Positions 8,548-19,048 of a DNA stretch of 64,000 nt are shown here, one piece after another. Position numbers and translations under genes: made by a program. Source of the stretch: an uncultured virus (IMG/VR IMGVR_UViG_3300042398_000857) (Duplodnaviria; Heunggongvirae; Uroviricota; Caudoviricetes); the IMG/VR virus record IMGVR_UViG_3300042398_000857, one strand, 5' to 3'. The notes beneath the pieces are model-generated. The model did no database searches and was not told where the DNA came from. It was given only the letters and a program-made list of their open reading frames with translations. Within the stretch, counting starts at the first letter, position 1. Every line of letters starts with the position of its first letter.

Positions 8548-9221
8548 AGTTTTGATTCCTTAATTACTTGTCTAGCTAATTCTAGATCAGCGGGTAAGTG
8601 GTTAAATTTGTATATCCAGAATTCTGGGTTTATTGCAGTGGCAATCATTGTGAATTGTTCATCATTTAGTTTATTGAGTAATGCTTTACCAGATGGTGCA
8701 TTTAATAAAATCCACGGACTAATTTTACCATCTTTCACATCATAAGTAAATCTTGGTATACTTACTTTATGAAAATATTCGGTCCAATCTTCTTTTGATT
8801 TTTCTGACCATGATATCATATGGTTAATGCTTCTGGTTAATGCGGTTTCTACGGTTTCTGTCTTTAGTAAATCAACCACGTATTTATCGTACACCGAATC
8901 CTTAGCCCAATCATCTAGTTTAATACCGCTATTGATTACATAATCGATAAAGTTAGATGGGTACAATGGATTGACATTGTGTACGAAACTTCCAAATTTT
9001 ACAAATGCATTATAATATGGGCTTTTTGCGAACTCTTCGTAGGTTCGTTCTGCCTTCATTGTTCGTCTGTAAAACCGTTGAAAAGCATCATATGCAATAA
9101 TAACATGTTTGTCATGTTGTGCCAATGCTCTTCGTTTTTGTTCACAGACATGTGTTACTAGGGTACTTTCCCTAGAATAGCCGTGGTTACAATATGGACA
9201 AATAAATGGTTTAGTAGACAT
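8544..9221 (-). CDS. Hypothetical protein with N-terminal zinc finger (225 aa)
   Basis: CPYC-x12-HVC. Confidence 0.75.
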   Translation of the reverse strand: MSTKPFICPYCNHGYSRESTLVTHVCEQKRRALAQHDKHVIIAYDAFQRFYRRTMKAERTYEEFAKSPYYNAFVKFGSFVHNVNPLYPSNFIDYVINSGIKLDDWAKDSVYDKYVVDLLKTETVETALTRSINHMISWSEKSKEDWTEYFHKVSIPRFTYDVKDGKISPWILLNAPSGKALLNKLNDEQFTMIATAINPEFWIYKFNHLPADLELARQVIKESKL

Positions 9222-9700
9222 TATTTTAGTAGTTTTTTAATTTCAGAATTTTCCCAGCCGTAATCTTGCAATAGTTCTTTGAACTCATTGTCCGTCATAA
9301 TTTTCGATAAATGATTTATATCACACATTTTCTTGGTTGGATATATTTCCATCAAAATTTTTACTTTTTTATTTTCAGAAGTAGTTGTTCTGCTATGTGG
9401 GATCCACTCATGATAAAATGATTTTTTACCATCATAGCTGCACATACATAATGATAACCACAACAACTTTGGATGTTTTTGTAACACAAACCAATTTTTG
9501 TTATAATATTCATTAACAGTCATTATGAAATGTTCTTGGATTTCTCTATTATTAGATTTTACACTACTAATAAATCGGTTCAGAATAAACAATTCATTTT
9601 TAAGTGCGTGTTGTTGTTCTTCATCGAGTGCATCCCACAAATCACGTATATTTTGATCAACTGCTTCAATTTTTTCTTTAATTGGTATACGTTCACTCAT
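9221..9700 (-). CDS. Hypothetical protein, possibly clamp-loader small subunit (gp62-like)
   Basis: FILNRFISS...HEWI pattern, size and replication-module context; weak resemblance only. Confidence 0.45.
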   Translation of the reverse strand: MSERIPIKEKIEAVDQNIRDLWDALDEEQQHALKNELFILNRFISSVKSNNREIQEHFIMTVNEYYNKNWFVLQKHPKLLWLSLCMCSYDGKKSFYHEWIPHSRTTTSENKKVKILMEIYPTKKMCDINHLSKIMTDNEFKELLQDYGWENSEIKKLLK

Positions 9701-9713
9701 TATTATATCACTA

Positions 9714-10220
9714 TTATAGTAGTTTGTCTAGATGAATTATTTCAGTTTGTCGTGATACTTCTTTAACAAAATATGCACAAGGCGGTGCTTCATTGGCATT
9801 CAATGGCGATGCCAACAATTGTCCAGTTTTCATTTTAGGAAAGTACCATTTAATATCACTATAAAAGTTAACAATTTCAATTTCTTGAAACTCTAATCTA
9901 TATGAACTTAATGGGTTAAACACCAATGCTTCAAATCCCCGATCATTTAAACTAGTAAGTGGCAAAACTTCTATATTACTTGAACTATTCCCATCACCCA
10001 CTGCAATGTACCAATCCAATGGCATTGCAATTTCATTATCTCCGATACGAAGTACCATAGCAGGTGAGTTGAATGATTCCAGGTATATTAATGGGACAAA
10101 GAAGAAATCTGGATCTAATGGATTACTGTTATCTAAAACAGCAAATCTAGTAGTATCATCAACAATATCAGGCAAGTTGTTTAATGAAAATGACGTGTTA
10201 TCTAATGTTAAAATGTTCAT
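9714..10220 (-). CDS. Hypothetical protein (168 aa)
   Basis: Clean ORF with AAGGA SD. Confidence 0.75.
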   Translation of the reverse strand: MNILTLDNTSFSLNNLPDIVDDTTRFAVLDNSNPLDPDFFFVPLIYLESFNSPAMVLRIGDNEIAMPLDWYIAVGDGNSSSNIEVLPLTSLNDRGFEALVFNPLSSYRLEFQEIEIVNFYSDIKWYFPKMKTGQLLASPLNANEAPPCAYFVKEVSRQTEIIHLDKLL

Positions 10221-10227
10221 AATATCC

Positions 10228-12813
10228 TTATTTTTTCCAATCTACTTTTTGAATTGTAAATGGGTATTCTGCATCTTTATAGAATTTTTTACGTTCGGTA
10301 AGATGTCTTTTAGCGTATTTACAGGTAGATGTTAAATCCCATATTTGAACAAAATCTTTATCTTTTGCTTTTCTAACACCACGGCCAATTGATTGAATTA
10401 CTCTAGTGAAACTTTTACCAGGTTCAAGTAATACTAAATTAAATATACGTGGTATATTGATACCAACTGCAGCTACACCATACGTTGCAACGATTATACT
10501 TTCATTACTAGTCTTAACTTCATCGTATTCTTTCTTTCTGTCTTTTGATTTAACATCACCTGAAATGAATACAGAATTTTCAATATAGTTAGTTATGAAC
10601 TTACCAGAATCAATTCTATTGACCAATATCAATGTATTTCCAGATTGGGCAATATTTTTAATCATTTCACTGATATATACCATGCGTTCTATATCAGTTA
10701 CCAAATATTTTAATTCGTCTGTATATGAACGGAATGCTTGAATATCTAATAACTGAATGATATTAACATGACACCCTGACAATACACCAATTTCTTGTAA
10801 ATCTTTAGCTTTAATTCCACCGATTACTGGCCCAATACTTGCAAAAATACTTTCATATTCAAATGGCAATTTTGGAACTGTACCAGTTAATCCCCATCTA
10901 ATTGGAGCATTACACAAATTTTGAGTTAGTAGGGTTTTTAATACCTCGGCTTTAGCCATATGAACTTCGTCAACAATAACGGTTGAAACATTATCTAAAA
11001 ATTCAGCTAATGTAAGCATATCATGTTCTTGATTTTTACTCTTTTTGTCTAATATATTAAGACTCTGCCAAGTACAAATCGTATGGGTTTTGTACAAGTC
11101 TTTTCTATCGCCATAGTACACTCCAACATCTAACCCGCAATTAATGAAATCTTCTTCGGTTTGTTCTACTAAACTTTTGTTAGGAACAATAATAATAGAG
11201 CGTCCAAGTTTTTCGGAGATATGTGACAACGTTGCAGTTGTAATAGTATTATGTGTTACAATATAATCATCTGTAATATATAAATGATCTGGACTATCGA
11301 TTAAAATACATTTAACACATTCAGTAGATACCTGCTTGATATCAGTTACATTAAGTTTCAATGTATTGCCATATTGATATTTAAAATTAGTAGCATTAAC
11401 TTTCCGAGTCAATGAAGCAAGAATCCAAGGTTTCGGAAATTTAGTCGTAACAAGATAGGCATCTTTACATGATTTACGAGTTCCATTATACATATATGTT
11501 CTATTAGTTTTATGTTTTATGTTAGCAATACCACCAACACTACGAATAAGTTGTTGAAATCCTTTAGCTAATTCTAAACTAGTACTAGTGAAAGTAACAC
11601 TAGATTTATCAATGGTTCCGTCACTGTCAACCAATCCTCTTATTAATTCAAATCTCTGTTCTAAACTTGCAGTGAAATAAATTTCAGGTATAAATTTAGA
11701 ATGACTATATGTTTCCATCAAATTTAGTTCTTTTAAAATGTGTACATATTTGTGAAATGAACTGTTAACATCAGTAATATTGTCATTCGAATTTCTATCT
11801 TTGTTTTTCAGGTAGTTGGATTTAGTATCTTGCAAAATTTCATTGGTTGCAAATGTGATACTATAATCATACCTGGATATATGGTTAACCTTGTAATTAA
11901 CATCCAATTTCGATGAAACCTTATCAATTAACTCTTGATCTGCAGAAGTAAATGAAACTTTGTTATTTCTAAAACTACCATCACCCAATAAAAACCCAAG
12001 CAACCACGGATCCATTGGTAACATAATATCAACATTATCATCTTCCATCGTAACTAATGGAACACCGAGGTTACGTTTAGTAGATGATTTTAATTTGATT
12101 AATTCATTAGTTGAAATATTTCGATATGGACCAGTACTTGATCTTTTCCAATCAATATTATATATTCTCCAAATATGATCACCACATGATCTAGTAGATC
12201 TACCATCACTAAATGTTAATTCATATACATCCTTAATACCAGGTTCATATGTATCTAGTATCTTTGCTGGTTTACCGGTTGGTGTTATGACATAATCACC
12301 AACTTGTAACTCCCCCATAGTTTTCCAACCGAAATTTGTCAATACCTTACTAGAATAGGGCTGACATTTTCCAGCTCCAGTAGCAATTTCTTGTAAACTC
12401 TGCGTGTTCTCCAAGAATCGATTAATTGCATCAACTTGGTAATCACGTAACATAATAGGCTCACCCTCTGCTGGGTGTCCTATTGGCCAGGTTTTACCCA
12501 AATCTGCCCAATATGATTCGGTAACTTTATCAAAGTTTAAATCCACCGGCTTGCGTAAATCAGATATATCACTGATGGTAACACCCATATTGGCGATGAT
12601 TTCAAGTATCTTTTCTAGTTGGCTTAAATAGCCATTACCACCCAACCCAAATAAACTAACCATACCGTCCCATCGTCCCAGTTTATATGCGGGTTGATGC
12701 TTTGCATATGGTATTTCATATTTGAAAGTAGCAACTAATTTCTTCCGCACATCCAGTGGAAGGTTTTCTAGTTTTATATTAACTTCATCTTTTATAACTA
12801 ACCTAACGGTCAT
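10228..12813 (-). CDS. uvsW: SF2 DNA helicase (UvsW-like) interrupted by an intein
   Basis: LRDYQ, ATGAGK|T, VDEVH, GLTGT, QSIGRGVR. Confidence 0.9.
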   Translation of the reverse strand: MTVRLVIKDEVNIKLENLPLDVRKKLVATFKYEIPYAKHQPAYKLGRWDGMVSLFGLGGNGYLSQLEKILEIIANMGVTISDISDLRKPVDLNFDKVTESYWADLGKTWPIGHPAEGEPIMLRDYQVDAINRFLENTQSLQEIATGAGKCQPYSSKVLTNFGWKTMGELQVGDYVITPTGKPAKILDTYEPGIKDVYELTFSDGRSTRSCGDHIWRIYNIDWKRSSTGPYRNISTNELIKLKSSTKRNLGVPLVTMEDDNVDIMLPMDPWLLGFLLGDGSFRNNKVSFTSADQELIDKVSSKLDVNYKVNHISRYDYSITFATNEILQDTKSNYLKNKDRNSNDNITDVNSSFHKYVHILKELNLMETYSHSKFIPEIYFTASLEQRFELIRGLVDSDGTIDKSSVTFTSTSLELAKGFQQLIRSVGGIANIKHKTNRTYMYNGTRKSCKDAYLVTTKFPKPWILASLTRKVNATNFKYQYGNTLKLNVTDIKQVSTECVKCILIDSPDHLYITDDYIVTHNTITTATLSHISEKLGRSIIIVPNKSLVEQTEEDFINCGLDVGVYYGDRKDLYKTHTICTWQSLNILDKKSKNQEHDMLTLAEFLDNVSTVIVDEVHMAKAEVLKTLLTQNLCNAPIRWGLTGTVPKLPFEYESIFASIGPVIGGIKAKDLQEIGVLSGCHVNIIQLLDIQAFRSYTDELKYLVTDIERMVYISEMIKNIAQSGNTLILVNRIDSGKFITNYIENSVFISGDVKSKDRKKEYDEVKTSNESIIVATYGVAAVGINIPRIFNLVLLEPGKSFTRVIQSIGRGVRKAKDKDFVQIWDLTSTCKYAKRHLTERKKFYKDAEYPFTIQKVDWKK
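11248..12366 (-). mobile_element. Intein with LAGLIDADG homing endonuclease (373 aa) in the helicase Walker A
   Basis: GK|CQPYSSKV...IVTHN|T; LLGFLLGDG and LIRGLVDSDG motifs. Confidence 0.93.
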
Positions 12814-12861
12814 AAACTAATCCTTGTTTGTATCAATCTCCATCCTGAAGATCGTATTATT

Positions 12862-14019
12862 TTAATATCTAATTATTGGTTCATCAACATAATAATTAAT
12901 AATTAAATCACAGCAACTTGCATAAACTGCAGTTCTTCCTGCTCTTAACACATGATCAACTGCCACTACTGCCATCGGTTTCCATGATGTTTCTAGTAAA
13001 AATTTTGGTAGTTTTCTACTATCAATAGCTGCAATTATTGTATTATCATTGCATTCTGCATTATACTTATTATTCGATATAAGTTGGTTGATTGTCACAC
13101 CATCTCCAGTATTTTTCATCCTGAAATATACTCCAACATTATCATCAATTCCGGTTTCACTCAATGCCTCTGAAACCATGGATAAGTTTTTTAAAGTGAT
13201 ACTAGGATAAGTTGTATCAAATGTAAAAAGTATAGGTAGACGTTTAAGTTCTTGCAATGATGTAATTAAATCAATCATTGAATGTTTCGTTGAATCTATC
13301 CATAGTTTTGTTGTCTTGCGCGATGCAATCGTTTCACTTAATGTATTATTTGGTAATTCAATATCAGTTTTATATTGATATCGTAAACTTCTATCCTTTA
13401 CCAATAGGGATGAAAGGTCATCATCCCCAACATCATTAACTAATGTAGACAACAAATGGTTATCTATTATGTTAGCTATATTAAATGTATTAAGACCATC
13501 TGTTGGATCCCACGATTTAATTATGTGGTAATACTCTTTTATATCATCTGACATGTTAAACTGATACATTGACAGTTTTTCCAGTGTTTGCACAACTGCA
13601 AATTCAGTCAATGTAGTTTCATGTCTAGTAATAGATTCTTGAGTATATTTAATTGCATACTCGGTGTATAACTCAGTTATTGCAGTTTTAATACTGTGGT
13701 TAAAGTTAAAATCTACAATAATTTTGTTATCTTCGATAAAAATATTTCTAACTTGATGGATCACCCTAAATGAATATTTCCATTTAGGGTGAAGTAACAA
13801 TTCAATCGCTTCTGGAAATCTTGCCAATATTACATTTCTGTTATCAACAAAGATTTTGTGAGCCAAGGTTGCTTGGGATTCGGTAATATAGGTGTCAGTA
13901 TTCAAACGTGAACCAATACTACACAATATCTTAAAGGTACCTTTTGTAAGTACACTATCATCAAATGGTGGCTGTGCATTGTATACTATTTGGTTGAGTA
14001 ATTCGTCTAATGTATTCAT
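12862..14019 (-). CDS. Hypothetical protein (about 385 aa)
   Basis: Long ORF; ATG at 14019 sits 7 nt after a -10 box. Confidence 0.75.
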   Translation of the reverse strand: MNTLDELLNQIVYNAQPPFDDSVLTKGTFKILCSIGSRLNTDTYITESQATLAHKIFVDNRNVILARFPEAIELLLHPKWKYSFRVIHQVRNIFIEDNKIIVDFNFNHSIKTAITELYTEYAIKYTQESITRHETTLTEFAVVQTLEKLSMYQFNMSDDIKEYYHIIKSWDPTDGLNTFNIANIIDNHLLSTLVNDVGDDDLSSLLVKDRSLRYQYKTDIELPNNTLSETIASRKTTKLWIDSTKHSMIDLITSLQELKRLPILFTFDTTYPSITLKNLSMVSEALSETGIDDNVGVYFRMKNTGDGVTINQLISNNKYNAECNDNTIIAAIDSRKLPKFLLETSWKPMAVVAVDHVLRAGRTAVYASCCDLIINYYVDEPIIRY

Positions 14020-14026
14020 GTGCACT

Positions 14027-14055
14027 AGTATACACCTTTGGGGTTATTTTGTCAA
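14027..14055 (-). promoter_or_regulatory. Sigma70 promoter
   Basis: TTGACA-17-TATACT. Confidence 0.75.
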
Positions 14056-14056
14056 G

Positions 14057-14512
14057 TTAAATAGTGGCATCTTCCATCCCAGCCACCCGTAATTTTACAA
14101 TATTGGTAATTTGCCATTGTTTTTGATCTAACGCTTTGGAAATACCGAGCCACTTATTTCTAACCAGAGCAAACTCGTTAATTAGTTTTTCGAACTCAAC
14201 TACTTCTAATTCGCCTTCTACAAATCTGTCACATTCTTTTTGTGATAACATTCGGTTATATGATTCTAAATATTTTCTAAAATGAAATGTTTTCAATCTA
14301 CGAAGTTCGATATTTAGATATTCCAATATAGCTTCAATCTCCTGAAGCTGGCCAAATCGTTGCTCTACGATACCTGGCATCGCAGCAGCTGCTTTTTCTA
14401 AGTTCCCAATTATTTTGCATTCCTTCGCAGCATTGACTAATTCTGCTTCAAAATAGTCAATGCATAATGGAAGTTTAGTTATATCTCGTACTACTTGAGA
14501 ATACCAATTCAT
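14057..14512 (-). CDS. uvsY: Recombination mediator UvsY-like
   Basis: Helical 151-aa protein between UvsX and UvsW; KALDQKQWQITNIVK C-terminus. Confidence 0.65.
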   Translation of the reverse strand: MNWYSQVVRDITKLPLCIDYFEAELVNAAKECKIIGNLEKAAAAMPGIVEQRFGQLQEIEAILEYLNIELRRLKTFHFRKYLESYNRMLSQKECDRFVEGELEVVEFEKLINEFALVRNKWLGISKALDQKQWQITNIVKLRVAGMEDATI

Positions 14513-14751
14513 TAGAAATCTAATTCCTTGTAATCATCATCTTCATCAATGTCTTCATCATTGTCAAGATAATAAGTAATTGCTTGGTCAAGAACAGCAT
14601 CTGTTCCAATTGTATTGTGGAGTACTCTATCACGTACCCCAAAATCCGCCAATAATTCAACATATCGTTCTGCTACTACATCGATCTGTTTTTTCTCAAT
14701 GTAATCAGCAAAAAGCATCCATACTTCACCAATTTGTGATTCGTTTAACAT
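14512..14751 (-). CDS. Hypothetical acidic protein (79 aa)
   Basis: TAATG-coupled to uvsY. Confidence 0.7.
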   Translation of the reverse strand: MLNESQIGEVWMLFADYIEKKQIDVVAERYVELLADFGVRDRVLHNTIGTDAVLDQAITYYLDNDEDIDEDDDYKELDF

Positions 14752-14757
14752 CTTGTT

Positions 14758-15888
14758 TTATTCTCCATTATCATTAGAATCATTAATAATATTTTCTACT
14801 ATTTCGCCGGTATCATAATCAATATCAAATCCAGGCTCTTCTGGAGTTGCATCGAAAACAATTTTAGAACTTGGTCTATTTGAATAATCTAACATTAGTT
14901 TATCTAAACAACCATCTTCATTCTTTTCCCATGCTTTGCGGAATTGTTTTATTGAAGTTCCATCAGTGAAATCATATCTCAAACTATTGCCATCTTTGAC
15001 TAGCAAGGTTTTATTCTCCATCATACCAACTAATCCGCTATATGGGTTCATGCCAGTTGTATATGGTATTCTGATTTCTAGTTCTTCAAAAGGTTTAGCA
15101 TATCGTGTTTTCATTATTTTACACGATGCTCTAATGCCACGCACTGATGAAACTTTGTTACCATCTTCATCTTCTTTTAGTTTACGTTTTTTCATCGCAA
15201 CTACAATACTTGAAGCATAAACAAAACCTTGACCACCAGAAATTTTATCATCTGGATCAAACATATCTTGACTAGCATATGTGTGATTAGTTGCAACTAA
15301 TCCAACATTAAATGAACCAAACATATTAACACAATTACGAACTAACGCAGTTAATGCTTTTGGTTTTCTACCCATATCACCTTTTAAGTTACCTGCTTCA
15401 AATTGATCAATATCAGTCGGTGTCAATAACATACCAAGTGAATCCACAACAAACAACACTTTAGGAGCGTCAGTTATGGTTTTGTATTCTTTCATAAACT
15501 CAGATATTGTTTTAGCAACGTCATCAATCATTGCCATATTAAGTTTAAGTAACTTATCTTCACCAGTATCAACGCCCAGTGCGTGTAACCATGCTTCATC
15601 AAGTGCATTTTCAGAATCGATTAATACTACATAGATACCTTGTTCTTGTGCATGTCTGATGATATTACCTGAACAGATATACGATTTACCTGCACCAGAT
15701 TCACCGGCAAATACCGTAACTTTACCCAGTGGTATCCCTCTGTGAAAATCTGAACTAATTAGATAATTCAATGCATAGTTACCAGTGGAAACCCAATCAG
15801 TTGGGTCGTTGAATCCAACACCTAACCCCTCAATGCTCTTTGTTATTGTTTTTCTAAATTTTGTTAAATCAAACGCTTTTGTTGCCAT
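14758..15888 (-). CDS. uvsX: RecA/UvsX recombinase
   Basis: GESGAGKS, IDSENALD, VVDSLG, TNHTY, SGGQG, KTR. Confidence 0.93.
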   Translation of the reverse strand: MATKAFDLTKFRKTITKSIEGLGVGFNDPTDWVSTGNYALNYLISSDFHRGIPLGKVTVFAGESGAGKSYICSGNIIRHAQEQGIYVVLIDSENALDEAWLHALGVDTGEDKLLKLNMAMIDDVAKTISEFMKEYKTITDAPKVLFVVDSLGMLLTPTDIDQFEAGNLKGDMGRKPKALTALVRNCVNMFGSFNVGLVATNHTYASQDMFDPDDKISGGQGFVYASSIVVAMKKRKLKEDEDGNKVSSVRGIRASCKIMKTRYAKPFEELEIRIPYTTGMNPYSGLVGMMENKTLLVKDGNSLRYDFTDGTSIKQFRKAWEKNEDGCLDKLMLDYSNRPSSKIVFDATPEEPGFDIDYDTGEIVENIINDSNDNGE

Positions 15889-15912
15889 CCGTGGCTTCCT
15901 CCATTGTAAGAT

Positions 15913-15937
15913 AGTAGGGGGAATCCGCCCCCCTACT
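15913..15937 (-). terminator. GC-rich hairpin after gp32
   Basis: AGTAGGGG...CCCCTACT inverted repeat. Confidence 0.55.
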
Positions 15938-15949
15938 TAGACCGAACTA

Positions 15950-16939
15950 TTAAGCTTGGTTACGGCTACGAATCATAGCCAAAATGTCAGCTGCACGGTT
16001 GTCGCTACCTGCTGGAGCTTGTGTTTGAACTGGTGCTGCTTCAACTACTGGTGCTGATTGAGCAACTGGTTGAACTGGTGCAACATATGAATCATATTCA
16101 ACATCATCTGATATTGCAGGTTTAGCTAAATCACCAGTTCGCTGATTTAAACCTGCTGGTTTGTAGTATTGTCCCCATCTTTCTGGGTCGTATGCTTCAC
16201 CATCAACAGATGCTTCAAACATTTCTTTAATGACTCGTAATTCAATATCAGTAGGTTTTTTAGGTAAAAAATCACTCAAGTTGAACAGTTTGTAATTTGA
16301 AACATTATCCATTTCAGTATCTGACAATGGACGAGAACGGCGTGACCAGTTAGAGGTTGCATAATCTGCATACCCACCTTTACTACCTTTTTTCACACGG
16401 AAATCCACACCATTTATATAGTCGGTTGGTAAATGATCCATTTCTGGATCAATAATAGACGAACGAATGATATTGAAAACCTGTGGGCCAATAATTAATC
16501 TACGGATTGGATTTTCTGGCTTGTCTGATTCACCAAGGCCATCTTCTGTTACAAAGCCTTGGAAGATATAAGAGCGTTTTTTCCAGTAGGTACTAGCAAG
16601 TTCTTTTAAAGAATCATCTTTATACCAAGGTCTTACTTCTGATAAGATCGGGCACACTGATCCATCGTTATACATTTCAACGCATGGTACTTGCACTGTT
16701 ACGTTTCTGCTTTCTTGTTCACCTTTGATTCCAGCGAATGGTAATTTAATCATTGCTCGTTCAACCCAGAAAAAGGTATTGTTTTGATCGCCGTCTGGTA
16801 AAAATCTGATTACTGATTCTTTGCCTTCTTGTAGATTCCAGAATGGGTAGATAGAATTATCTAAGTTTGATCTTTGTGAATTGTCTGAACCACGTTCAGT
16901 TTGTTTTAGTTTTGCGCGGATTTCTGCTAAAGTTGCCAT
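15950..16939 (-). CDS. gp32: Single-stranded DNA-binding protein (gp32-like)
   Basis: VIRFLPD, C...CP, WKKRSY, GVDFRVKK...GGYADY. Confidence 0.88.
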   Translation of the reverse strand: MATLAEIRAKLKQTERGSDNSQRSNLDNSIYPFWNLQEGKESVIRFLPDGDQNNTFFWVERAMIKLPFAGIKGEQESRNVTVQVPCVEMYNDGSVCPILSEVRPWYKDDSLKELASTYWKKRSYIFQGFVTEDGLGESDKPENPIRRLIIGPQVFNIIRSSIIDPEMDHLPTDYINGVDFRVKKGSKGGYADYATSNWSRRSRPLSDTEMDNVSNYKLFNLSDFLPKKPTDIELRVIKEMFEASVDGEAYDPERWGQYYKPAGLNQRTGDLAKPAISDDVEYDSYVAPVQPVAQSAPVVEAAPVQTQAPAGSDNRAADILAMIRSRNQA

Positions 16940-17026
16940 ATTTTTAATTCCCTTTAAAATGCCTATATTGGACTTGTTGTATTTGCCTAAGTGTTAACCT
17001 TCCTGGTTAACTTGATTAGTGTATGT

Positions 17027-17055
17027 ATTATACACTCTCTTATTTATCTTGTCAA
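17027..17055 (-). promoter_or_regulatory. Sigma70 promoter with an embedded late motif (ATAAATA)
   Basis: TTGACA-17-TATAAT; spacer contains GATAAATA. Confidence 0.8.
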
Positions 17056-17115
17056 GCTTAATTTTGTCTTGATTTTGATAAAAATTTGTTCGATCACTCA
17101 GCCAACTATGAAACA

Positions 17116-17144
17116 ATTATACATCATAGTGGCCGAGTTGTCAA
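17116..17144 (-). promoter_or_regulatory. Sigma70 promoter, tandem upstream of gp32
   Basis: TTGACA-17-TATAAT within a hairpin at 17096-17138. Confidence 0.8.
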
Positions 17145-17156
17145 ACTTTTTTTCAA

Positions 17157-18674
17157 CTATCGAGATAGTTGGATTAGTCTTGCTAATGAGATTTCTTGTC
17201 CAAATGTCACACTTTCTGACACCGGTGCTGATAGTTCTGCATTTTGTTTAGCAGCGTAATCAGCGCCAAATTGCTTATCATATGCGATCATTTGTTCAGT
17301 TTCCGGTCCTAATATACCATCAACTTTAATATCATACCCTTTATTTTTTAGATCTTGTTGAATTTTTTCAATACCTGGATCTTTTACGGGTTCTGCTTGT
17401 CCAGTTTGTCCTGCCGCACCAGCGGGTTGTTGAATCGGATTAGCATGAACTTCACCTGGTGGTTGATATTTAATTTCAGCCGGAATATCCGGTGTAGTAG
17501 TTGGACCACTCGCTAACGCATTTCTTGCAGCATCCGCTGTTGCACCTACCATTCTATTATTGGCCGCCGCATCGCTATAATACCCAGCTGGTTTTTGTAA
17601 ATCGTTTGGTGGGAGATTGGTAGGGTCATCATTATCGTTACCTACCATACCAGCCGTACCACCGGCAATACCAGTCGCGGCTGAACCAGCATTTTTATTA
17701 AAAGCTCGGCCTAACTTGTTTGCATCTTTTTGAAGTTGCGTTGTTGATTGAAATTTGCCACCTTGTGGTGGTAAGATTGGATTAGTTCTATTAATCAATC
17801 CTCTACTAAATGATTTTGCAGCTTTAATTGCATTAGATAAACCACCTTCATCAACTCGCGCGATGGCTTCCCATAATGAGTTCACTGATTTACTTAATTT
17901 TTCTTCATTTGCAACAGAAGCAGCAGACCGCATCGCTGGATTTTTTTGTAATGATGCATATTCTTGATTATTAAGAAGATTTGATGCAACATCCATTCCA
18001 GTACCCATGCCTGACATAGGGGCAGCCGATTGAGCAGCAGCCTGTGCTCTTGGTTGTTTAAATTGGCTATGAATTGCAGCAATATCATCTTTGTAGTTCT
18101 GCCAATCATTATCAAATTCCGCTTGATTTGCTTGTGAAAATGCAGGTTGAGATTGGGTTTTTGCAACTGGACGTTTTTTATTCGCCATTTTAAATCCAGC
18201 AGGTGGTTGTAGCCCGGCTGCAGCCAATGCTTGCAATGTTTGTGGCCCAATTAAGCCATCCGGTTTAAGATTTTTACCATCAAGCTGTTTATGTGTTTTT
18301 TGAAACGCAATAACTTCGTCACGGGTTTTTGGCCAAGTTAACGCAGCAGGTGCTGGCGCAGGTGCTGGCGCAGGTGCTGGCGCAGGTGCTGGCGCAGGTG
18401 CTGGCGCAGGTGCAGGTGCTGGCGCAGGTGCAGGTGCTGGACTAGGTTCTATAGTCACATCTGGAAGATCATCTTGTGGTACAACTTGATCTGGAGGGGA
18501 TGTTACATCTGGAAGATCATCTTGTGGTACAACTTGCCCACTATTAGTATTTCCCTTAGCCTTTAATCGTTGAGCCGTGTCTTTCAATCCTTGCCAGTTG
18601 TTAGTATATGAACCAGTATCTGCTTCCGTTATTTTACGTGTTTCTTCATCAAATAAATATCTAAAATCTTTCAT
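17157..18674 (-). CDS. Low-complexity protein with two peptidoglycan-binding-like domains (about 505 aa)
   Basis: FQKTH...PDGLIGPQT and IQQDL...VDGILGPET motifs; Pro-Ala linker; start at the TAATG overlap. Confidence 0.7.
   Translation of the reverse strand: MKDFRYLFDEETRKITEADTGSYTNNWQGLKDTAQRLKAKGNTNSGQVVPQDDLPDVTSPPDQVVPQDDLPDVTIEPSPAPAPAPAPAPAPAPAPAPAPAPAPAPAPAPAALTWPKTRDEVIAFQKTHKQLDGKNLKPDGLIGPQTLQALAAAGLQPPAGFKMANKKRPVAKTQSQPAFSQANQAEFDNDWQNYKDDIAAIHSQFKQPRAQAAAQSAAPMSGMGTGMDVASNLLNNQEYASLQKNPAMRSAASVANEEKLSKSVNSLWEAIARVDEGGLSNAIKAAKSFSRGLINRTNPILPPQGGKFQSTTQLQKDANKLGRAFNKNAGSAATGIAGGTAGMVGNDNDDPTNLPPNDLQKPAGYYSDAAANNRMVGATADAARNALASGPTTTPDIPAEIKYQPPGEVHANPIQQPAGAAGQTGQAEPVKDPGIEKIQQDLKNKGYDIKVDGILGPETEQMIAYDKQFGADYAAKQNAELSAPVSESVTFGQEISLARLIQLSR
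18345..18540 (-). repeat. Coding repeats: (PA)n tract and duplicated QVVPQDDLPDVT
   Basis: GGTGCTGGCGCA units and two near-identical ~36-bp copies. Confidence 0.9.
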
Positions 18675-19048
18675 TATACGTACACCCATTTTCCATTTTT
18701 AAAAATGATATCTTTACCACTTTTTGATTTGCTTCTATCACCTTCTTTGTGACTGCCATTGGTTATATTTGGTTGCACATTTTGATTTGGCGATGGTGCA
18801 GGAGGAGTTGGTTGAGAATTATCTACTGGATCTTTCCAGTCTGGTCCAGGTTTTCTACCCAATAGTCCACTACCAAAATTACCAAGTGCGTTATATGTAT
18901 CGCGAACGCCAGCCCCAATTGATTGACCCAACTGATTGGCAAATGATGGCTCATCTGGTTGTATCCATGTATGTTCTTCAACTAGTTTAATGTATTCACG
19001 TAATGAATTCGTGGATTCAATTAATTGTTTTTCCGTAATTTTTTTCAT
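18674..19048 (-). CDS. Hypothetical protein (124 aa)
   Basis: TAATG coupling on both sides; LIE/LVE motifs near the N-terminus. Confidence 0.75.
   Translation of the reverse strand: MKKITEKQLIESTNSLREYIKLVEEHTWIQPDEPSFANQLGQSIGAGVRDTYNALGNFGSGLLGRKPGPDWKDPVDNSQPTPPAPSPNQNVQPNITNGSHKEGDRSKSKSGKDIIFKNGKWVYV

Noticed and set aside
9702..9730. TAGACA-17-TATAAT on the minus strand
   Set aside because: The -10 lies 1 nt from the ATG, so it could not serve that gene; possibly chance in AT-rich DNA
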